Position numbers and translations under genes: made by a program
The notes under the pieces: generated by a model
What the model was told of the DNA's origin: nothing
The model's input: only the letters and a program-made list of their open reading frames with translations
Databases searched by the model: none
In this document: positions 1 through 10,192 of the stretch, piece after piece
Layout of the letters: each line of letters starts with the position of its first letter
Position numbering within the stretch: the stretch's first letter is position 1
NCBI GenBank assembly: GCA_964535575.1
Contig: CAZHTC010000003.1
Span: forward strand, 112,640 to 176,639
DNA: 64,000 nucleotides
Origin: an uncultured Bifidobacteriaceae bacterium
GTDB lineage: Bacteria > Bacteroidota > Bacteroidia > UKL13-3
Reading direction: 5' to 3'

Positions 1-950
1 AACATACTTTCGGCATAATAGGGAAGGTGCCCGCTTTTCAGGTACATGCTTTCTTTGGCAATATGCGGTGATTTTACTCTCACATATCCGGCAGCTTTTT
101 CGGTTTTTTTTGCAAAATCCTCGAGCAGTTCAATGATGGCCGCACCATTGGGTAACCATAGGGGTAATCCAGGTCCTACATCATCATCAAAGGTGAAAAT
201 ATCCAGTTCTTTACCCAATTTGCGGTGGTCGCGTTTTTTGGCTTCTTCCAGCATTTTCAGGTACTCCTCCAACTCACCTAGCTTGGGGAAAGTAATGCCA
301 TAAATCCGGGTTAGTTGTTTGTTTTTTTCATCCCCGCGCCAATAGGCTCCGGCAATATTCATAAGCTTCACGGCTTTTATAAAACCGGTATTGGGCAGAT
401 GCCCGCCACGGCATAAGTCAGTAAAGTTGCTGTGTTCGCAAAAAGTTATTTCACCGTCATTCAGGTTTTCAATCAGCTCAACCTTGAACTCGTTATTTCG
501 CTCTTTGTAATAGGCCAGCGCATCTGATTTGCTTACTTCTTTTTTATGGAACTCGGCTTTTTCTCTCGCCAGCTCTAATATTTTATCTTCAATCTTTTTG
601 AAATCCTTTTCCGACAGGGTTTCTTCTCCCAAATCAACATCGTAATAAAATCCGTTTTCGATAGCAGGGCCAATGGTGAGTTTTACCTTAGGGTAAAAAA
701 ACTCGAGCGCCTGAGCAAGTACGTGTGCCGAGGAGTGCCAGAAGGCTTGCTTGCCTTCTTTGTCGTTCCACGTAAACAAGGTCAATGAACCATCCTCTTG
801 CAAGGGCTCACTTACTTCAATAATGCGATTGTTGAATTTGGCAGAAAGCACATTTCGGGCTAATCCTTCACTGATACTTTTGGCAATTTCCAGAGCCGTG
901 GTGCCCCGTTCATACGATCGAACGGACCCGTCCGGGAGTGTAATATTCAT
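1..950 (-). CDS. thrS: Threonyl-tRNA synthetase, N-terminal part (3' end lies outside the window)
   Basis: The reverse-strand translation from the ATG at 948-950 reads MNITLPDGSVRSYERGTTALEIAKSIS (TGS domain), then HSSAHVLAQALE, GPAIENGFYYDVDL, CRGGHLP...AGAYWRGDEKNKQLTRIYG and KRDHRKLGKELD. These are collinear with the N-terminal and editing domains of E. coli ThrRS. The ORF-track hits 46..303+ and 751..1044+ are antisense artefacts. Confidence 0.85.
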   Translation of the reverse strand, partial: MNITLPDGSVRSYERGTTALEIAKSISEGLARNVLSAKFNNRIIEVSEPLQEDGSLTLFTWNDKEGKQAFWHSSAHVLAQALEFFYPKVKLTIGPAIENGFYYDVDLGEETLSEKDFKKIEDKILELAREKAEFHKKEVSKSDALAYYKERNNEFKVELIENLNDGEITFCEHSNFTDLCRGGHLPNTGFIKAVKLMNIAGAYWRGDEKNKQLTRIYGITFPKLGELEEYLKMLEEAKKRDHRKLGKELDIFTFDDDVGPGLPLWLPNGAAIIELLEDFAKKTEKAAGYVRVKSPHIAKESMYLKSGHLPYYAESM

Positions 951-1040
951 ATTTTTTTATCTTAAGAACGGCAAATATAACTTTTTCCCAGTGTCCTTTG
1001 CTATCAATTTAGGCCGAGTGGTAACTGCAAAGGAGAATGC

Positions 1041-1076
1041 ATAAAAAAAGCTTCCGGTAAAGGAAGCTTTTTTTAT
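1041..1076. terminator. Bidirectional hairpin terminator downstream of the BI-1-family gene
   Basis: aaagcttcc-ggtaaa-ggaagcttt forms a perfect 9-bp stem with a 6-nt loop. It is flanked by an A-run on one side and a T-run on the other. Confidence 0.5.
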
Positions 1077-1094
1077 AAAATGAATAAGGTATGG

Positions 1095-1826
1095 TTAGTC
1101 GCCTCTTCTTCCGCCAAATAAACGAAGAAGGAAAAGGAAAAGATTGATAAAATCGAGGTAGAGATTCAATGCACCCATTAAGGCAGTTTTGCCTGCAACT
1201 TCTTTGCCCTGCATGGCAATGCCGCTTCCAATTACTTTGAGTTTTTGAACATCGTAGGCGGTGAGGCCGGTAAACACCAGTACACCAATGAAGCTGATAA
1301 CATAATCCATTGCCTGGCTATGCATAAACATATTGATTAATGAGGCGATGATAATACCCACAAGACCCATCATCATAATGCTGCCAAAATTGGTAAGATC
1401 TTTTTGCGTAGTGTATCCTGCCACTGCCATTACCCCAAAAGTAAGGGATGTAACCAAAAAGGTAGTGGCAATAGAGCCAAGGCTATAGGCCAAAAATATA
1501 AAGCTCAAACTGATTCCATTTACCGCAGCATAAGCCAGAAACAAGGCTAACAGTACCGGATAGGAAAACCGTTGAAAACCCATTCCCATAGCCAGTACAA
1601 AAAGCAAAGGGGCAAACATTACCACGTAGGCAAAAATGTTCAATTTGCCGGTTTCCAGATTGACAAGAAGGCTTAGTAAATCCATTGATGTGCTGAACAG
1701 GTAAGCCATGCCGGCTGAAATAATTAATGCTACAAACATCCAACTGAAAACGGATGACATAAAAGTTTTAGATACGCTTAATTCCCGATCAGCGTAAAGA
1801 GACGGTTCAAAAGGATTATTTTCCAT
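1095..1826 (-). CDS. Bax-inhibitor-1/YccA (TMBIM) family inner-membrane protein
   Basis: 243 aa with about 7 hydrophobic helices. The C-terminus LYLDFINLFLFLLRLFGGRR is the characteristic BI-1/YccA ending. Confidence 0.75.
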   Translation of the reverse strand: MENNPFEPSLYADRELSVSKTFMSSVFSWMFVALIISAGMAYLFSTSMDLLSLLVNLETGKLNIFAYVVMFAPLLFVLAMGMGFQRFSYPVLLALFLAYAAVNGISLSFIFLAYSLGSIATTFLVTSLTFGVMAVAGYTTQKDLTNFGSIMMMGLVGIIIASLINMFMHSQAMDYVISFIGVLVFTGLTAYDVQKLKVIGSGIAMQGKEVAGKTALMGALNLYLDFINLFLFLLRLFGGRRGD

Positions 1827-1917
1827 TTATATTAAATTGTTTAATGTTTTTAAATTGCAGAGGCAACTATATCAAAAGTTATTCCGATTAACAAAGCACG
1901 GAATTTCTGCCAAATTT

Positions 1918-2142
1918 TCATACAACAGGTTTTGGAGGCAGGGCAAATGCCTGAGCTTCATGTGCAAATTCTCCCTTATGGGAGCCATCACAAAATGGTT
2001 TTTTTTGCGATAGTCCGCAGCGGCATAAGGAAATTACGGTACGTCCGGCTAAATCATAGATATTTCCTTCTGCGTCTACAATTTCAAAGTCGCCTTCAAT
2101 CTTGATGGCGCTGTTGCTTTTAATGGTTATACGGGTTGTCAT
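1918..2142 (-). CDS. CDGSH iron-sulfur domain protein
   Basis: The literal CRCGLSQKKPFCDGSHKGEF matches the C-x-C-x2-(S/T)-x2-P-x-C-D-G-(S/A/T)-H motif. The start was chosen at MTTRITIKS, where ATGA overlaps the upstream stop. Confidence 0.7.
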   Translation of the reverse strand: MTTRITIKSNSAIKIEGDFEIVDAEGNIYDLAGRTVISLCRCGLSQKKPFCDGSHKGEFAHEAQAFALPPKPVV

Positions 2143-2906
2143 ATATTTTTTGATGAATGAATTTGTGAGGAGGATTTTCGGGCCAAACACCAAGTGCTTA
2201 TTCCTACCGGATACCTCACTTTTCCAATAAGCTTGTTTTCAAGATTAAGCCAGCTGATTAAGAGGTGATTCATAAAGGATGTAGGCGCATGAATATTTTT
2301 ATGAACGTTCTTATTATAGTGGAATAACCTGTTTAAAAATTGAATTAATATGGCCGGGAAAAAAAGTGCCACATTCCAGTATCCGCTCTTTACCGGATCG
2401 AATCCTGCTTGCTGCAGTTTTTTTTTCAGTTCAATCCTGCTGTATCTTCGGTAATGGTGGTTCAGTTCATCATGTTTGCTCCATAGTGATGAAAAGGCAG
2501 GAACAAACACCAACACCATTCCTTCGGGTTGGAGCAATTGATACCAATTGGCTAGTGCGGTGCTGTCATCGGCAATATGTTCAAGGCAGTCCGAGGCAAT
2601 TAGGATATGGTAGTATGCCGGCTCCAACTCAGGTGTGGTTGCGTCCATACAATAAACCTGGGGAAGGCCTCTTTCTTTACATTTTTTAACAGCTTCTTCA
2701 CTCACATCTATACCATGTACCTCCACAAAGGAATACTTTGACTGCAGTTCTTTAATCAGAATTCCTCCTGAGCACCCTATATCCAACATACGCATGTTGG
2801 GTTTGATAAATGGTTTGAGCAATTGATGTATGGCTTTGCGCCTAGTTGTAAACCACCACTGTTTTTCCTCAAAATGGTGATACTCTTTTTCAAAGTCTTT
2901 ATCCAT
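2139..2906 (-). CDS. Class I SAM-dependent methyltransferase
   Basis: MLDIGCSGGILIKEL is a glycine-rich SAM-binding motif I, and ASDCLEHI lies in motif II. The length is 255 aa. Confidence 0.7.
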   Translation of the reverse strand: MDKDFEKEYHHFEEKQWWFTTRRKAIHQLLKPFIKPNMRMLDIGCSGGILIKELQSKYSFVEVHGIDVSEEAVKKCKERGLPQVYCMDATTPELEPAYYHILIASDCLEHIADDSTALANWYQLLQPEGMVLVFVPAFSSLWSKHDELNHHYRRYSRIELKKKLQQAGFDPVKSGYWNVALFFPAILIQFLNRLFHYNKNVHKNIHAPTSFMNHLLISWLNLENKLIGKVRYPVGISTWCLARKSSSQIHSSKNI

Positions 2907-2924
2907 GCTTCTGAAAGTTTCCGG

Positions 2925-3395
2925 TCAATCTTTCGGATCTCCTTTTTCAATACGTATGCCTGCAGCTGCAACAGCCGCAAGCGTGTCATCTCGCATGTTT
3001 TGTTCTATGCGGAAACGATAAATACCCCTTTGGGCAAGATTCGCATTTTTAACAACCAGAAATTGGTAGTCATACATATCTCCCAAACCACTTCCCAGCC
3101 ATTTTCCCAAATCGTCAGCCAACGGAATTTCAAACCGTTGTTTAAGGTCTTTTTTGTCGGGTAATTGTGTATGTAACAATACAAACATATTGTTGTATTT
3201 GTAATCGGAGCGAATGCGGGTGTTGAGGTAAATATTATAAAAATACCCTGTGTCTTCAACCATCACATCAAAACCAACCAAATCTTTATAGAACCAATTG
3301 TATCCCGGAATTTCTTTGTTTTCATCAATCACCCGGTTTGGGTCGCATGAGGTTAACCCGATGAGTAAACATAAAACACAAAACAGATTACGCAT
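2925..3395 (-). CDS. gldH: Gliding-motility lipoprotein GldH
   Basis: 156 aa with signal and lipobox MRNLFCVLCLLIGLTSC. Size and the conserved Bacteroidetes position downstream of a PSP1-domain gene and holB both fit GldH. Confidence 0.7.
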   Translation of the reverse strand: MRNLFCVLCLLIGLTSCDPNRVIDENKEIPGYNWFYKDLVGFDVMVEDTGYFYNIYLNTRIRSDYKYNNMFVLLHTQLPDKKDLKQRFEIPLADDLGKWLGSGLGDMYDYQFLVVKNANLAQRGIYRFRIEQNMRDDTLAAVAAAGIRIEKGDPKD

Positions 3396-4837
3396 TATTC
3401 AGCAGGCGGTTTTGGTGGATTGTTATCATTACGCTTCTGTGCATTGGGGTTGTTTCCCCGATTGTTTCGGTTTTGATTGTTCCGCTGGTTATTGTTTCGG
3501 TTATTATTTGGCCTGTTCTGGTTCTGTGGTGGACGCTCGTTTCGTGGTTTTTGCCCTTCTTTGTTTTGAGGAGGTGGTTCCTGACGATTCGGATTGTGCG
3601 AATGCGGAGTATTTGTTTTAGGTTTTTCCTGATTTCCTGTCTCTTTTCGCTGTTTGTTATCGCCACTCCGTGTCTCTCTTCTTTCGTTTTGATTGTTTCG
3701 ATGGGAGGAATTGCTGCGGTTGTTGTTTTGGCCTTTTTTCTTTTTTGGACGATCCAAACGGGTAATGCTGTCTTCGCCCACCATGTCTTTATAGTCGGGT
3801 TCTTCAATCACCACCTCTTTTTCGTTCGCATATTCTGAAAGCATAGCGGGTTTTTCGCCACGGGCATTCATTTCCATCAGCTCTTTTACCTTTTGTACTG
3901 GTAAACTAATCCAGCTATTGCTGTCTCCGCCAATTACGGTAAACAGCATGATTCGTCTTAAAATATCGGTTTTTTGCAGAATGGCCCTTCCTGTTTCAAG
4001 CTCAATGGTTAGTTTATCGTCTTTAGGAAACTCCTGAAGAGCCTCCACATAGGTATCGAGTTCGAAATTAAGACAGCACTTTAATCTTCCGCACTGACCT
4101 GAAAGTTTGAGCTGATTCAACGATAAATTCTGGTAACGCGCTGCCCCGGTATTTACCTGTTTAAAATCAGTGAGCCATGTACTGCAGCAAAGGGTACGTC
4201 CGCATGAACCGATTCCGCCCAAACGACCAGCTTCTTCCCGGTAACTTATCTGACGCATTTCAATTTTCACCTTGAAAGCCTCAGCCAGGCGTTTAATCAG
4301 TTCCCTGAAATCCACCCGTGCCTCGGCCGTGTAGAAAAATACGGCTTTACGCCTGTCGGCCTGATATTCCACATCGCTTAATTTCATATCCAGCCCTAAT
4401 TCAATGGCAAAACTACGTGCCTTGTACTGGGTAGGAATTTCAAGTTCCTTGCATTCCTGCCATTTAGCCAAATCGGCTTCGGTGGCTATGCGATATATTT
4501 TTTTGATGCGATCGTCATCTTCACTCACTCCGGCTTTTTTAAGCTGAAGTTTTACCAACTCTCCCTTCACTGAAACTCGGCCAATATCATATCCTCCGGT
4601 TTCAACTTCAACCACAATAGGCTCGTCTTTGTACAAATCAAGATGATGAACGTTCCGGTAAAACCCTTTCCGGCTTCCTTTAAAACTAACTTCCACCACA
4701 TCAAAAGGACGCATGGAAGGAGGCAACTCCATATCGGCAAGCCAATCGTAAACATTTAATTTATTGCAGCCACCCGTGCTGCACCCGCCCGAACTACATC
4801 CTCCGCCTTTTGTACCACAAGCTACTCCACATCCCAT
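3395..4837 (-). CDS. PSP1 C-terminal domain protein (YaaT-like) with an N/Q/R/P-rich disordered C-terminal tail
   Basis: The N-terminus is Gly/Cys-rich, followed by FDVVEVSFKGSRKGFY...GRLKCCLNFE, which are PSP1 hallmarks. The last ~130 aa are low complexity (NNNRNNNQRNNQNRNN...). The stop overlaps the gldH start by 1 nt. Confidence 0.8.
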   Translation of the reverse strand: MGCGVACGTKGGGCSSGGCSTGGCNKLNVYDWLADMELPPSMRPFDVVEVSFKGSRKGFYRNVHHLDLYKDEPIVVEVETGGYDIGRVSVKGELVKLQLKKAGVSEDDDRIKKIYRIATEADLAKWQECKELEIPTQYKARSFAIELGLDMKLSDVEYQADRRKAVFFYTAEARVDFRELIKRLAEAFKVKIEMRQISYREEAGRLGGIGSCGRTLCCSTWLTDFKQVNTGAARYQNLSLNQLKLSGQCGRLKCCLNFELDTYVEALQEFPKDDKLTIELETGRAILQKTDILRRIMLFTVIGGDSNSWISLPVQKVKELMEMNARGEKPAMLSEYANEKEVVIEEPDYKDMVGEDSITRLDRPKKKKGQNNNRSNSSHRNNQNERRETRSGDNKQRKETGNQEKPKTNTPHSHNPNRQEPPPQNKEGQKPRNERPPQNQNRPNNNRNNNQRNNQNRNNRGNNPNAQKRNDNNPPKPPAE

Positions 4838-4887
4838 ACGTTATATTTCTCTTTTCAATAAGGTTCAAAAAAAAATGAGTGCCTGAA

Positions 4888-6006
4888 TTAAGCCACCGGC
4901 TCCAATTTTATCAGACTCCTCTTAAGAAACAAAGATAGGTTCATCAAAATGATTTTTGGGTTGGCATTTCGCTCGATATATCCAATAGATGAGGTAAACT
5001 CCTGATTGATAGATTCTAAATTTTGTTCGTGAATGAATAAAGCAAATTTGGTTACAAAAGCTTCTTCGCTATCATCTACTCGCAGCAGTTCGTTAATCTG
5101 GTGCCGTTTCATAAATGCCTCGCGCATCATGTGCAGCCCGTAGCGCAAAAAGTTTTTAAGGTTTTCTCTTCCCATCCCACCGGCTTCGTCAATCCAGTCA
5201 ACAAGATCCTTTGCATTTTTTCCGATACACAGGTTCATCCACTTCTTGAATTGTTCAAGCAGGTCCTGCTCATCCTCATCTATATGCGAAATGGCTTCGC
5301 TAAAATTGCCTTCAGCCAATTTGGCAATGGTAGCTGCCCTGCTCATTTCGAGATTGTATTTTTCTGTGAGAAGTTGTTTCACTTCCTCATCACTGAAACG
5401 ATTTATTTTTATCATTTGCAAACGTGAAAGAATGGTAGGTAACATTTTTTCCGAATCGTTAGCTATAAGAATAATGAGTGTTTTTTCAGGGGGTTCTTCC
5501 AGCAGTTTAAGCAACATGTTTCCTTCATTGCCCAAGTATTCGGGCATCCACATCAGTTGCATTTTATATTCTGCTTCAAAACTTTTTAGCCCCAACCTGC
5601 GAATAATATCACGTGATTCTTCAGCGGTAATATTCCCCTGCTTGTTTTCAGCTTTTATGTGTTGCAGCCAGGTATAAACGCTCAGGTATGGGTTTTCCAA
5701 TAAAATTTCTTTCCACTCGGTAATCAATTCTTTACTTTGTTTGTGAGGGGAAATTGTTGGAAACGTAAAATGTAAATCGGGGTGAATCAGTTTGCTTATT
5801 TTAATACAGGAGGGGCAGGTGCCACAACTGTCATCGGCTTTTTTACTGGTGCAGTTTACAAATTGTACATATGCCCATGCCAGTGCCAGATTAGCACTCC
5901 CTTCAGGTCCCAAAAATAACTGGGCATGACTGATGCGCTGTTCTTTTACCGTTTGCAACAGATGCTGTTTTATTTTATCGTTTCCGGGTATGTCTTTGAA
6001 CTGCAT
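4888..6006 (-). CDS. holB: DNA polymerase III delta-prime subunit
   Basis: HAQLFLGPEGSANLALAWAYVQFVNC...CGTCPSCIKI is an AAA+ clamp-loader fold with a zinc module. The 372-aa length fits delta-prime. Confidence 0.8.
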   Translation of the reverse strand: MQFKDIPGNDKIKQHLLQTVKEQRISHAQLFLGPEGSANLALAWAYVQFVNCTSKKADDSCGTCPSCIKISKLIHPDLHFTFPTISPHKQSKELITEWKEILLENPYLSVYTWLQHIKAENKQGNITAEESRDIIRRLGLKSFEAEYKMQLMWMPEYLGNEGNMLLKLLEEPPEKTLIILIANDSEKMLPTILSRLQMIKINRFSDEEVKQLLTEKYNLEMSRAATIAKLAEGNFSEAISHIDEDEQDLLEQFKKWMNLCIGKNAKDLVDWIDEAGGMGRENLKNFLRYGLHMMREAFMKRHQINELLRVDDSEEAFVTKFALFIHEQNLESINQEFTSSIGYIERNANPKIILMNLSLFLKRSLIKLEPVA

Positions 6007-6044
6007 GCTTCGAAGTTAATGATTGTACACAGCAAAAATATCAA

Positions 6045-7514
6045 TTACTTTCTGCTGTAATTGGGAGCTTCTTTGGTAATGGTAATGTCGTGCGGATGAC
6101 TTTCTTTCATTCCTGAAGGGGTAACACGGGTAAATTTGGCTTTTTGCAAATCCTTTATGGTTTTAGCTCCGCAATAACCCATGCCTGCACGCAATCCTCC
6201 TACCATTTGGTAAACCACATCTTTTAAATTGCCTTTATAGGGAACAATGCCTACAATTCCTTCGGGAACTAATTTGGAAATCTCTTCTTCGGCATCCTGA
6301 AAATAACGGTCTTTGGAGCCTTCTTTCATGGCTTCAATAGATCCCATTCCCCGGTATGATTTAAACTGACGTCCTTCATAAATAATAGTTTCTCCTGGCG
6401 ATTCCTCAACACCGGCAAACATACTGCCTGCCATAATGGTGCTGGCACCTGCGGCAATGGCTTTAACCAAATCGCCACTGTAACGTATTCCTCCATCGGC
6501 AATAACAGGAACACCTGTATTTTTTAAGGCACTGGCTGCTGCATATATGGCAGAAAGCTGGGGTACGCCAATACCTGCAATAATACGGGTAGTACAAATA
6601 GAACCGGGACCCACTCCAACTTTTACTGCATCGGCTCCGGCTTTGGCCAAATCACGGGCGGCCTCTGCGGTAGCAATGTTTCCAACTACCACCTGCAAAT
6701 TGGAGAAAGTTTTTTTAACCAGTTTCAATTCCCCGATTACTCCTTTAGAGTGGCCGTGTGCCGTATCAATAATCACTAAATCAACTCCGGCTTTTACCAA
6801 AGCACTTACCCGGTCAATAGTGTCGGATGTTACCCCAACTGCGGCACCTACCAGCAAACGTCCGTGGTTGTCTTTGCATGCATTGGGATGGTCCTTAAGT
6901 TTCAGAATATCTTTATAGGTAATCAGTCCGGTGAGTTTACCTTTTTTATTCACCACCGGAAGTTTTTCAATCTTATATTTTTGCAAAATTCCCTCTGCTT
7001 TTTGTAAAGTAGTTCCCTCGGGAGCAGTAATGAGGCGGTCTTTTGTCATTATTTCGCTTACCTTTTTATTGAGGTTTTTTTCAAAGCGTAAATCACGGTT
7101 GGTTAAAATTCCTTTGAGCATATACCCCTTATCAACAATAGGAATTCCACCAATTTTGTTATCCTTCATGAGTTTGTGTGCGTCCTTCAGGGTGGCATCC
7201 TCAAACAGAGTTATCGGATCCATAATCATCCCGCTTTCGGAACGTTTAACCCTGCGCACTTCATCAGCCTGCCTTTCAATACTCATGTTTTTATGCAGAA
7301 TACCTATTCCTCCCTGTTGTGCCAGCGCAATGGCCAGCCGCGATTCAGTTACCGTATCCATAGCTGCCGATACCAGCGGGATATTAATGCGGATATTTCG
7401 GGTAAGCTGTGTGGAGGTATTTACCTCGCGCGGCAGGACTTCAGAATAAGATGGAAGGATTAAAACATCATCGAAGGTGAGACCATCACCGGTGAATTTT
7501 TTAGAATCGAGCAT
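6045..7514 (-). CDS. guaB: IMP dehydrogenase
   Basis: The 489-aa translation is collinear with GuaB: [10 protein letters not shown] at the N-terminus, a tandem CBS insert, and the active-site segment [20 protein letters not shown]. Confidence 0.95.
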   Translation of the reverse strand: MLDSKKFTGDGLTFDDVLILPSYSEVLPREVNTSTQLTRNIRINIPLVSAAMDTVTESRLAIALAQQGGIGILHKNMSIERQADEVRRVKRSESGMIMDPITLFEDATLKDAHKLMKDNKIGGIPIVDKGYMLKGILTNRDLRFEKNLNKKVSEIMTKDRLITAPEGTTLQKAEGILQKYKIEKLPVVNKKGKLTGLITYKDILKLKDHPNACKDNHGRLLVGAAVGVTSDTIDRVSALVKAGVDLVIIDTAHGHSKGVIGELKLVKKTFSNLQVVVGNIATAEAARDLAKAGADAVKVGVGPGSICTTRIIAGIGVPQLSAIYAAASALKNTGVPVIADGGIRYSGDLVKAIAAGASTIMAGSMFAGVEESPGETIIYEGRQFKSYRGMGSIEAMKEGSKDRYFQDAEEEISKLVPEGIVGIVPYKGNLKDVVYQMVGGLRAGMGYCGAKTIKDLQKAKFTRVTPSGMKESHPHDITITKEAPNYSRK

Positions 7515-7652
7515 GGCAAATAATTAGGATTGATTACTTGCCGGGCAAAAGTAGGGGAAAGATTTCAATAATTTGTTACCTGAACTAAATTATCCCACAT
7601 CCTGTGTATTTTTTATTCTTTAGTCATCTGCCTGGCGTATTACCTTTACCCC

Positions 7653-8672
7653 ATGATGCAGGAAGAATTTAGCATTTCCTTAAAACCATACAACACCTTT
7701 GGGATTGATGTGCAGGCTGATAAGTTGGTGCACATCCAAACACAGGAACAGTTAAAAGAACTTATTCGCAATGGGGCATTTACCACCGGCCCTTTTTTAA
7801 TTTTAGGAGGCGGAAGCAACGTGCTGTTTACAAAAGATGTGAACGGACTGGTTGTAAGAAACGAATTAAAAGGCATTGAGGTGATCAAGGAGGATGACAG
7901 CTATGTGTGGGTGAAAGCAATGGGCGGAGAAATATGGCATGAGTTTGTACTTTGGAGCATAGAACGGAATTTTGGCGGCATTGAGAATCTTTCACTCATT
8001 CCGGGTACTGTGGGTGCTGCACCCATGCAAAATATAGGCGCTTATGGAGTGGAGATTAAAGATACATTTGATAGTTTGGAGGCCTTCGATTTGAAAACCG
8101 GAGCATTAAAAGTTTTTTCTCAAGGCGATTGCAGGTTTGGATATAGGGAAAGCATATTTAAAAATGAGGCTAAAGGAAGCTATTTTATTGTTTCGGTTAC
8201 GTTCAAATTGAACAAACATCCGGTGTTTAATAATTCTTACGGAGCCATACAACAAGTGCTGGAACAAAACGGGGTGAAGGAATTATCCATTAAAGCAATA
8301 AGCGATGCGGTTATAGCAATCCGAAGCAGCAAATTGCCCAATCCTTCCGTAATTGGAAATGCCGGGAGTTTTTTCAAAAATCCCGAAATAGACATAACTC
8401 AGTTCAACACATTAAAGCAACAATATTCTTCTATTGTGGGGTATCCCACCTCGTCCGGTAAAATTAAAGTTGCGGCAGGGTGGCTTATTGAACAATGCGG
8501 GTGGAAGGGAAAGCGTGTTGGCAATACCGGTTCGCATAAAGATCAGGCATTGGTTCTGGTGAATTACGGAGGGGTAAAAGGAGAGGAAGTATATCAGTTA
8601 GCCGAAGCCATTAAAAAGTCGGTAGCTGATAAATTCGGGATTAACATACAAATGGAAGTGAATATTATCTGA
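7653..8672 (+). CDS. murB: UDP-N-acetylenolpyruvoylglucosamine reductase
   Basis: LKPYNTFGID...ILGGGSNVLF...IPGTVGAAPMQNIGAYGVE...CRFGYRESIFK...GNAGSFFKNP...KVAAGWLIEQCGWKG is collinear with E. coli MurB. Confidence 0.9.
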   Translation: MMQEEFSISLKPYNTFGIDVQADKLVHIQTQEQLKELIRNGAFTTGPFLILGGGSNVLFTKDVNGLVVRNELKGIEVIKEDDSYVWVKAMGGEIWHEFVLWSIERNFGGIENLSLIPGTVGAAPMQNIGAYGVEIKDTFDSLEAFDLKTGALKVFSQGDCRFGYRESIFKNEAKGSYFIVSVTFKLNKHPVFNNSYGAIQQVLEQNGVKELSIKAISDAVIAIRSSKLPNPSVIGNAGSFFKNPEIDITQFNTLKQQYSSIVGYPTSSGKIKVAAGWLIEQCGWKGKRVGNTGSHKDQALVLVNYGGVKGEEVYQLAEAIKKSVADKFGINIQMEVNII

Positions 8673-8739
8673 TAAGATTCATATTTCTTTAACGCATAAA
8701 AATTACCTGCCTCTTTTTATTTTCGTTGATATTTGTGAC

Positions 8740-9627
8740 ATGCCCCGTAAATGTTTCAGTATTATTGCGTGTAGCATTCTGTTGTGTTGCGAGATCGTTT
8801 GCACTCCTGCAACAAAGGATTCAAACGAAAAACCGTTAGAAAAAAAGCAAACGGAAGATTTAAATAAACCACCGGTTGATACTTTTTCTGCTCCGGTTGA
8901 GTTGGTAGGTTATCAATTGATACCTCATGATTCAGTAAACCTGAGCGATAGTTTAACCAAAGCAGTGATTTGTGCATTAAACCGCATGGATGCCTATCAT
9001 TTGGGCAGGGCTGATTCACTTGTTATACCCAATATAATTACAGAAGATTTTCTTCGTTACACTCCATTCCCAACTGAGTGCAGTTCATTGAAAGAAATTC
9101 CAAAATGTATTCTAATTTCTTACCCTTTACAGGCTTTTGCGGGTTACGAAAACGGGAAATTGATAAGGTGGGGGCCGGTAAGTTTGGGCAAACAATCTTC
9201 ACCCACACCACTCGGACTTTTTTACTGTAACTGGAAATCAAGGAAAACAGTAAGCACCATTAATCCAGAATGGATTATGGAGTGGTATATTAATCTCGAT
9301 AACCGTTTGGGTGTTTCCATGCACCAATATGATTTACCAGGTTATCCTGCTTCGCACGCCTGTGTAAGGTTGTTAAAACACGATGCTGTTTTTTTGTACC
9401 GATGGACGGATTCCTGGCAATTAAAAGATGATTGGAATATATTGCGTTACGGGACTCCTGTACTTATTTTTGGGTCTTATGTATTCAAAACTTCATCACC
9501 CTGGTTTAAAAACGGAGAAATGTTGACCATGCGGGAGGATGAACTTACCAAAGAAGTTTCACCCTATTATGCAGAATTGATGCAAAGGCTGCAACCCACC
9601 GGTGGTAGCATTGGACCTTCACCTTAA
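8740..9627 (+). CDS. L,D-transpeptidase (YkuD) domain protein
   Basis: The catalytic-type motif GYPASHACVRL resembles the SHGC(I/V)RL signature. A signal peptide with several Cys residues is present. Confidence 0.5.
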   Translation: MPRKCFSIIACSILLCCEIVCTPATKDSNEKPLEKKQTEDLNKPPVDTFSAPVELVGYQLIPHDSVNLSDSLTKAVICALNRMDAYHLGRADSLVIPNIITEDFLRYTPFPTECSSLKEIPKCILISYPLQAFAGYENGKLIRWGPVSLGKQSSPTPLGLFYCNWKSRKTVSTINPEWIMEWYINLDNRLGVSMHQYDLPGYPASHACVRLLKHDAVFLYRWTDSWQLKDDWNILRYGTPVLIFGSYVFKTSSPWFKNGEMLTMREDELTKEVSPYYAELMQRLQPTGGSIGPSP

Positions 9628-10094
9628 TAAATTTGGCTGATAGTTAATTTACGTCCGTTAAATTCAACAAAATCATTTTTTGTTTTTCCGGTTAATGAGC
9701 GGGCTAAGGGAGCCTTGGGAGAAAGAACAATAATTTTTTTATCAGCGAGATGAATAACACCAATACCCGCAGCAACAAACAGCAATTCCGATCCACAGTC
9801 AATTAATGCTCCGATCTCTGCCTGTTGGTGATGAACGGTTAAATCAATTTTCAGCAATTGGGTCAGTTCTTCTTTTGCTTCAGCCAGTTGTTTGGCATTC
9901 CGGTCCCGGTCTATCTGGCTCATCGCCCTTCCGGTTTCATACTTATCTCCGGCACTGCTTTTTTCTTCGCTGTTGGCACTTTCCTGAGCTGCTTTCATGG
10001 CGTGTTCTGCCACCTGCATTCTGTTTTGAATATATTTTTTGCAAGCGTCAACTATTTCTTCTTTAAATGCTTGTATCTCTTTGCCTGATTTCAT
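9624..10094 (-). CDS. GreA/GreB-family domain protein
   Basis: The C-terminus LSPKAPLARSLTGKTKNDFVEFNGRKLTISQIY resembles the GreA FKBP-like C-domain, preceded by a coiled-coil N-half. Confidence 0.5.
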   Translation of the reverse strand: MKSGKEIQAFKEEIVDACKKYIQNRMQVAEHAMKAAQESANSEEKSSAGDKYETGRAMSQIDRDRNAKQLAEAKEELTQLLKIDLTVHHQQAEIGALIDCGSELLFVAAGIGVIHLADKKIIVLSPKAPLARSLTGKTKNDFVEFNGRKLTISQIY

Positions 10095-10192
10095 TCGGAC
10101 GACAAAGGTACATTGATTACAATAGTTTCAGCACTATAAAAATCATGTAATCAATTCTTGTTACTCTTTCAGTTTATCAGCACCTTTGCACC

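Noticed and set aside
46-1044. ORFs 46..303(+) and 751..1044(+)
   Set aside because: They lie antisense to a clearly conserved thrS reading frame on the minus strand, and their translations are low-complexity, Ser-rich and motif-free.
3388-3838. ORFs 3388..3807(-) and 3473..3838(+) of 120-139 aa
   Set aside because: They lie inside the low-complexity tail-coding tract of the PSP1 gene. They are open only because of skewed base composition and carry no independent signals.
6326-7463. ORFs antisense to guaB (6547..6918+, 6931..7449+, 7176..7463+)
   Set aside because: guaB is unambiguous on the minus strand, and the antisense translations are Ser/Pro/Ala-rich nonsense.
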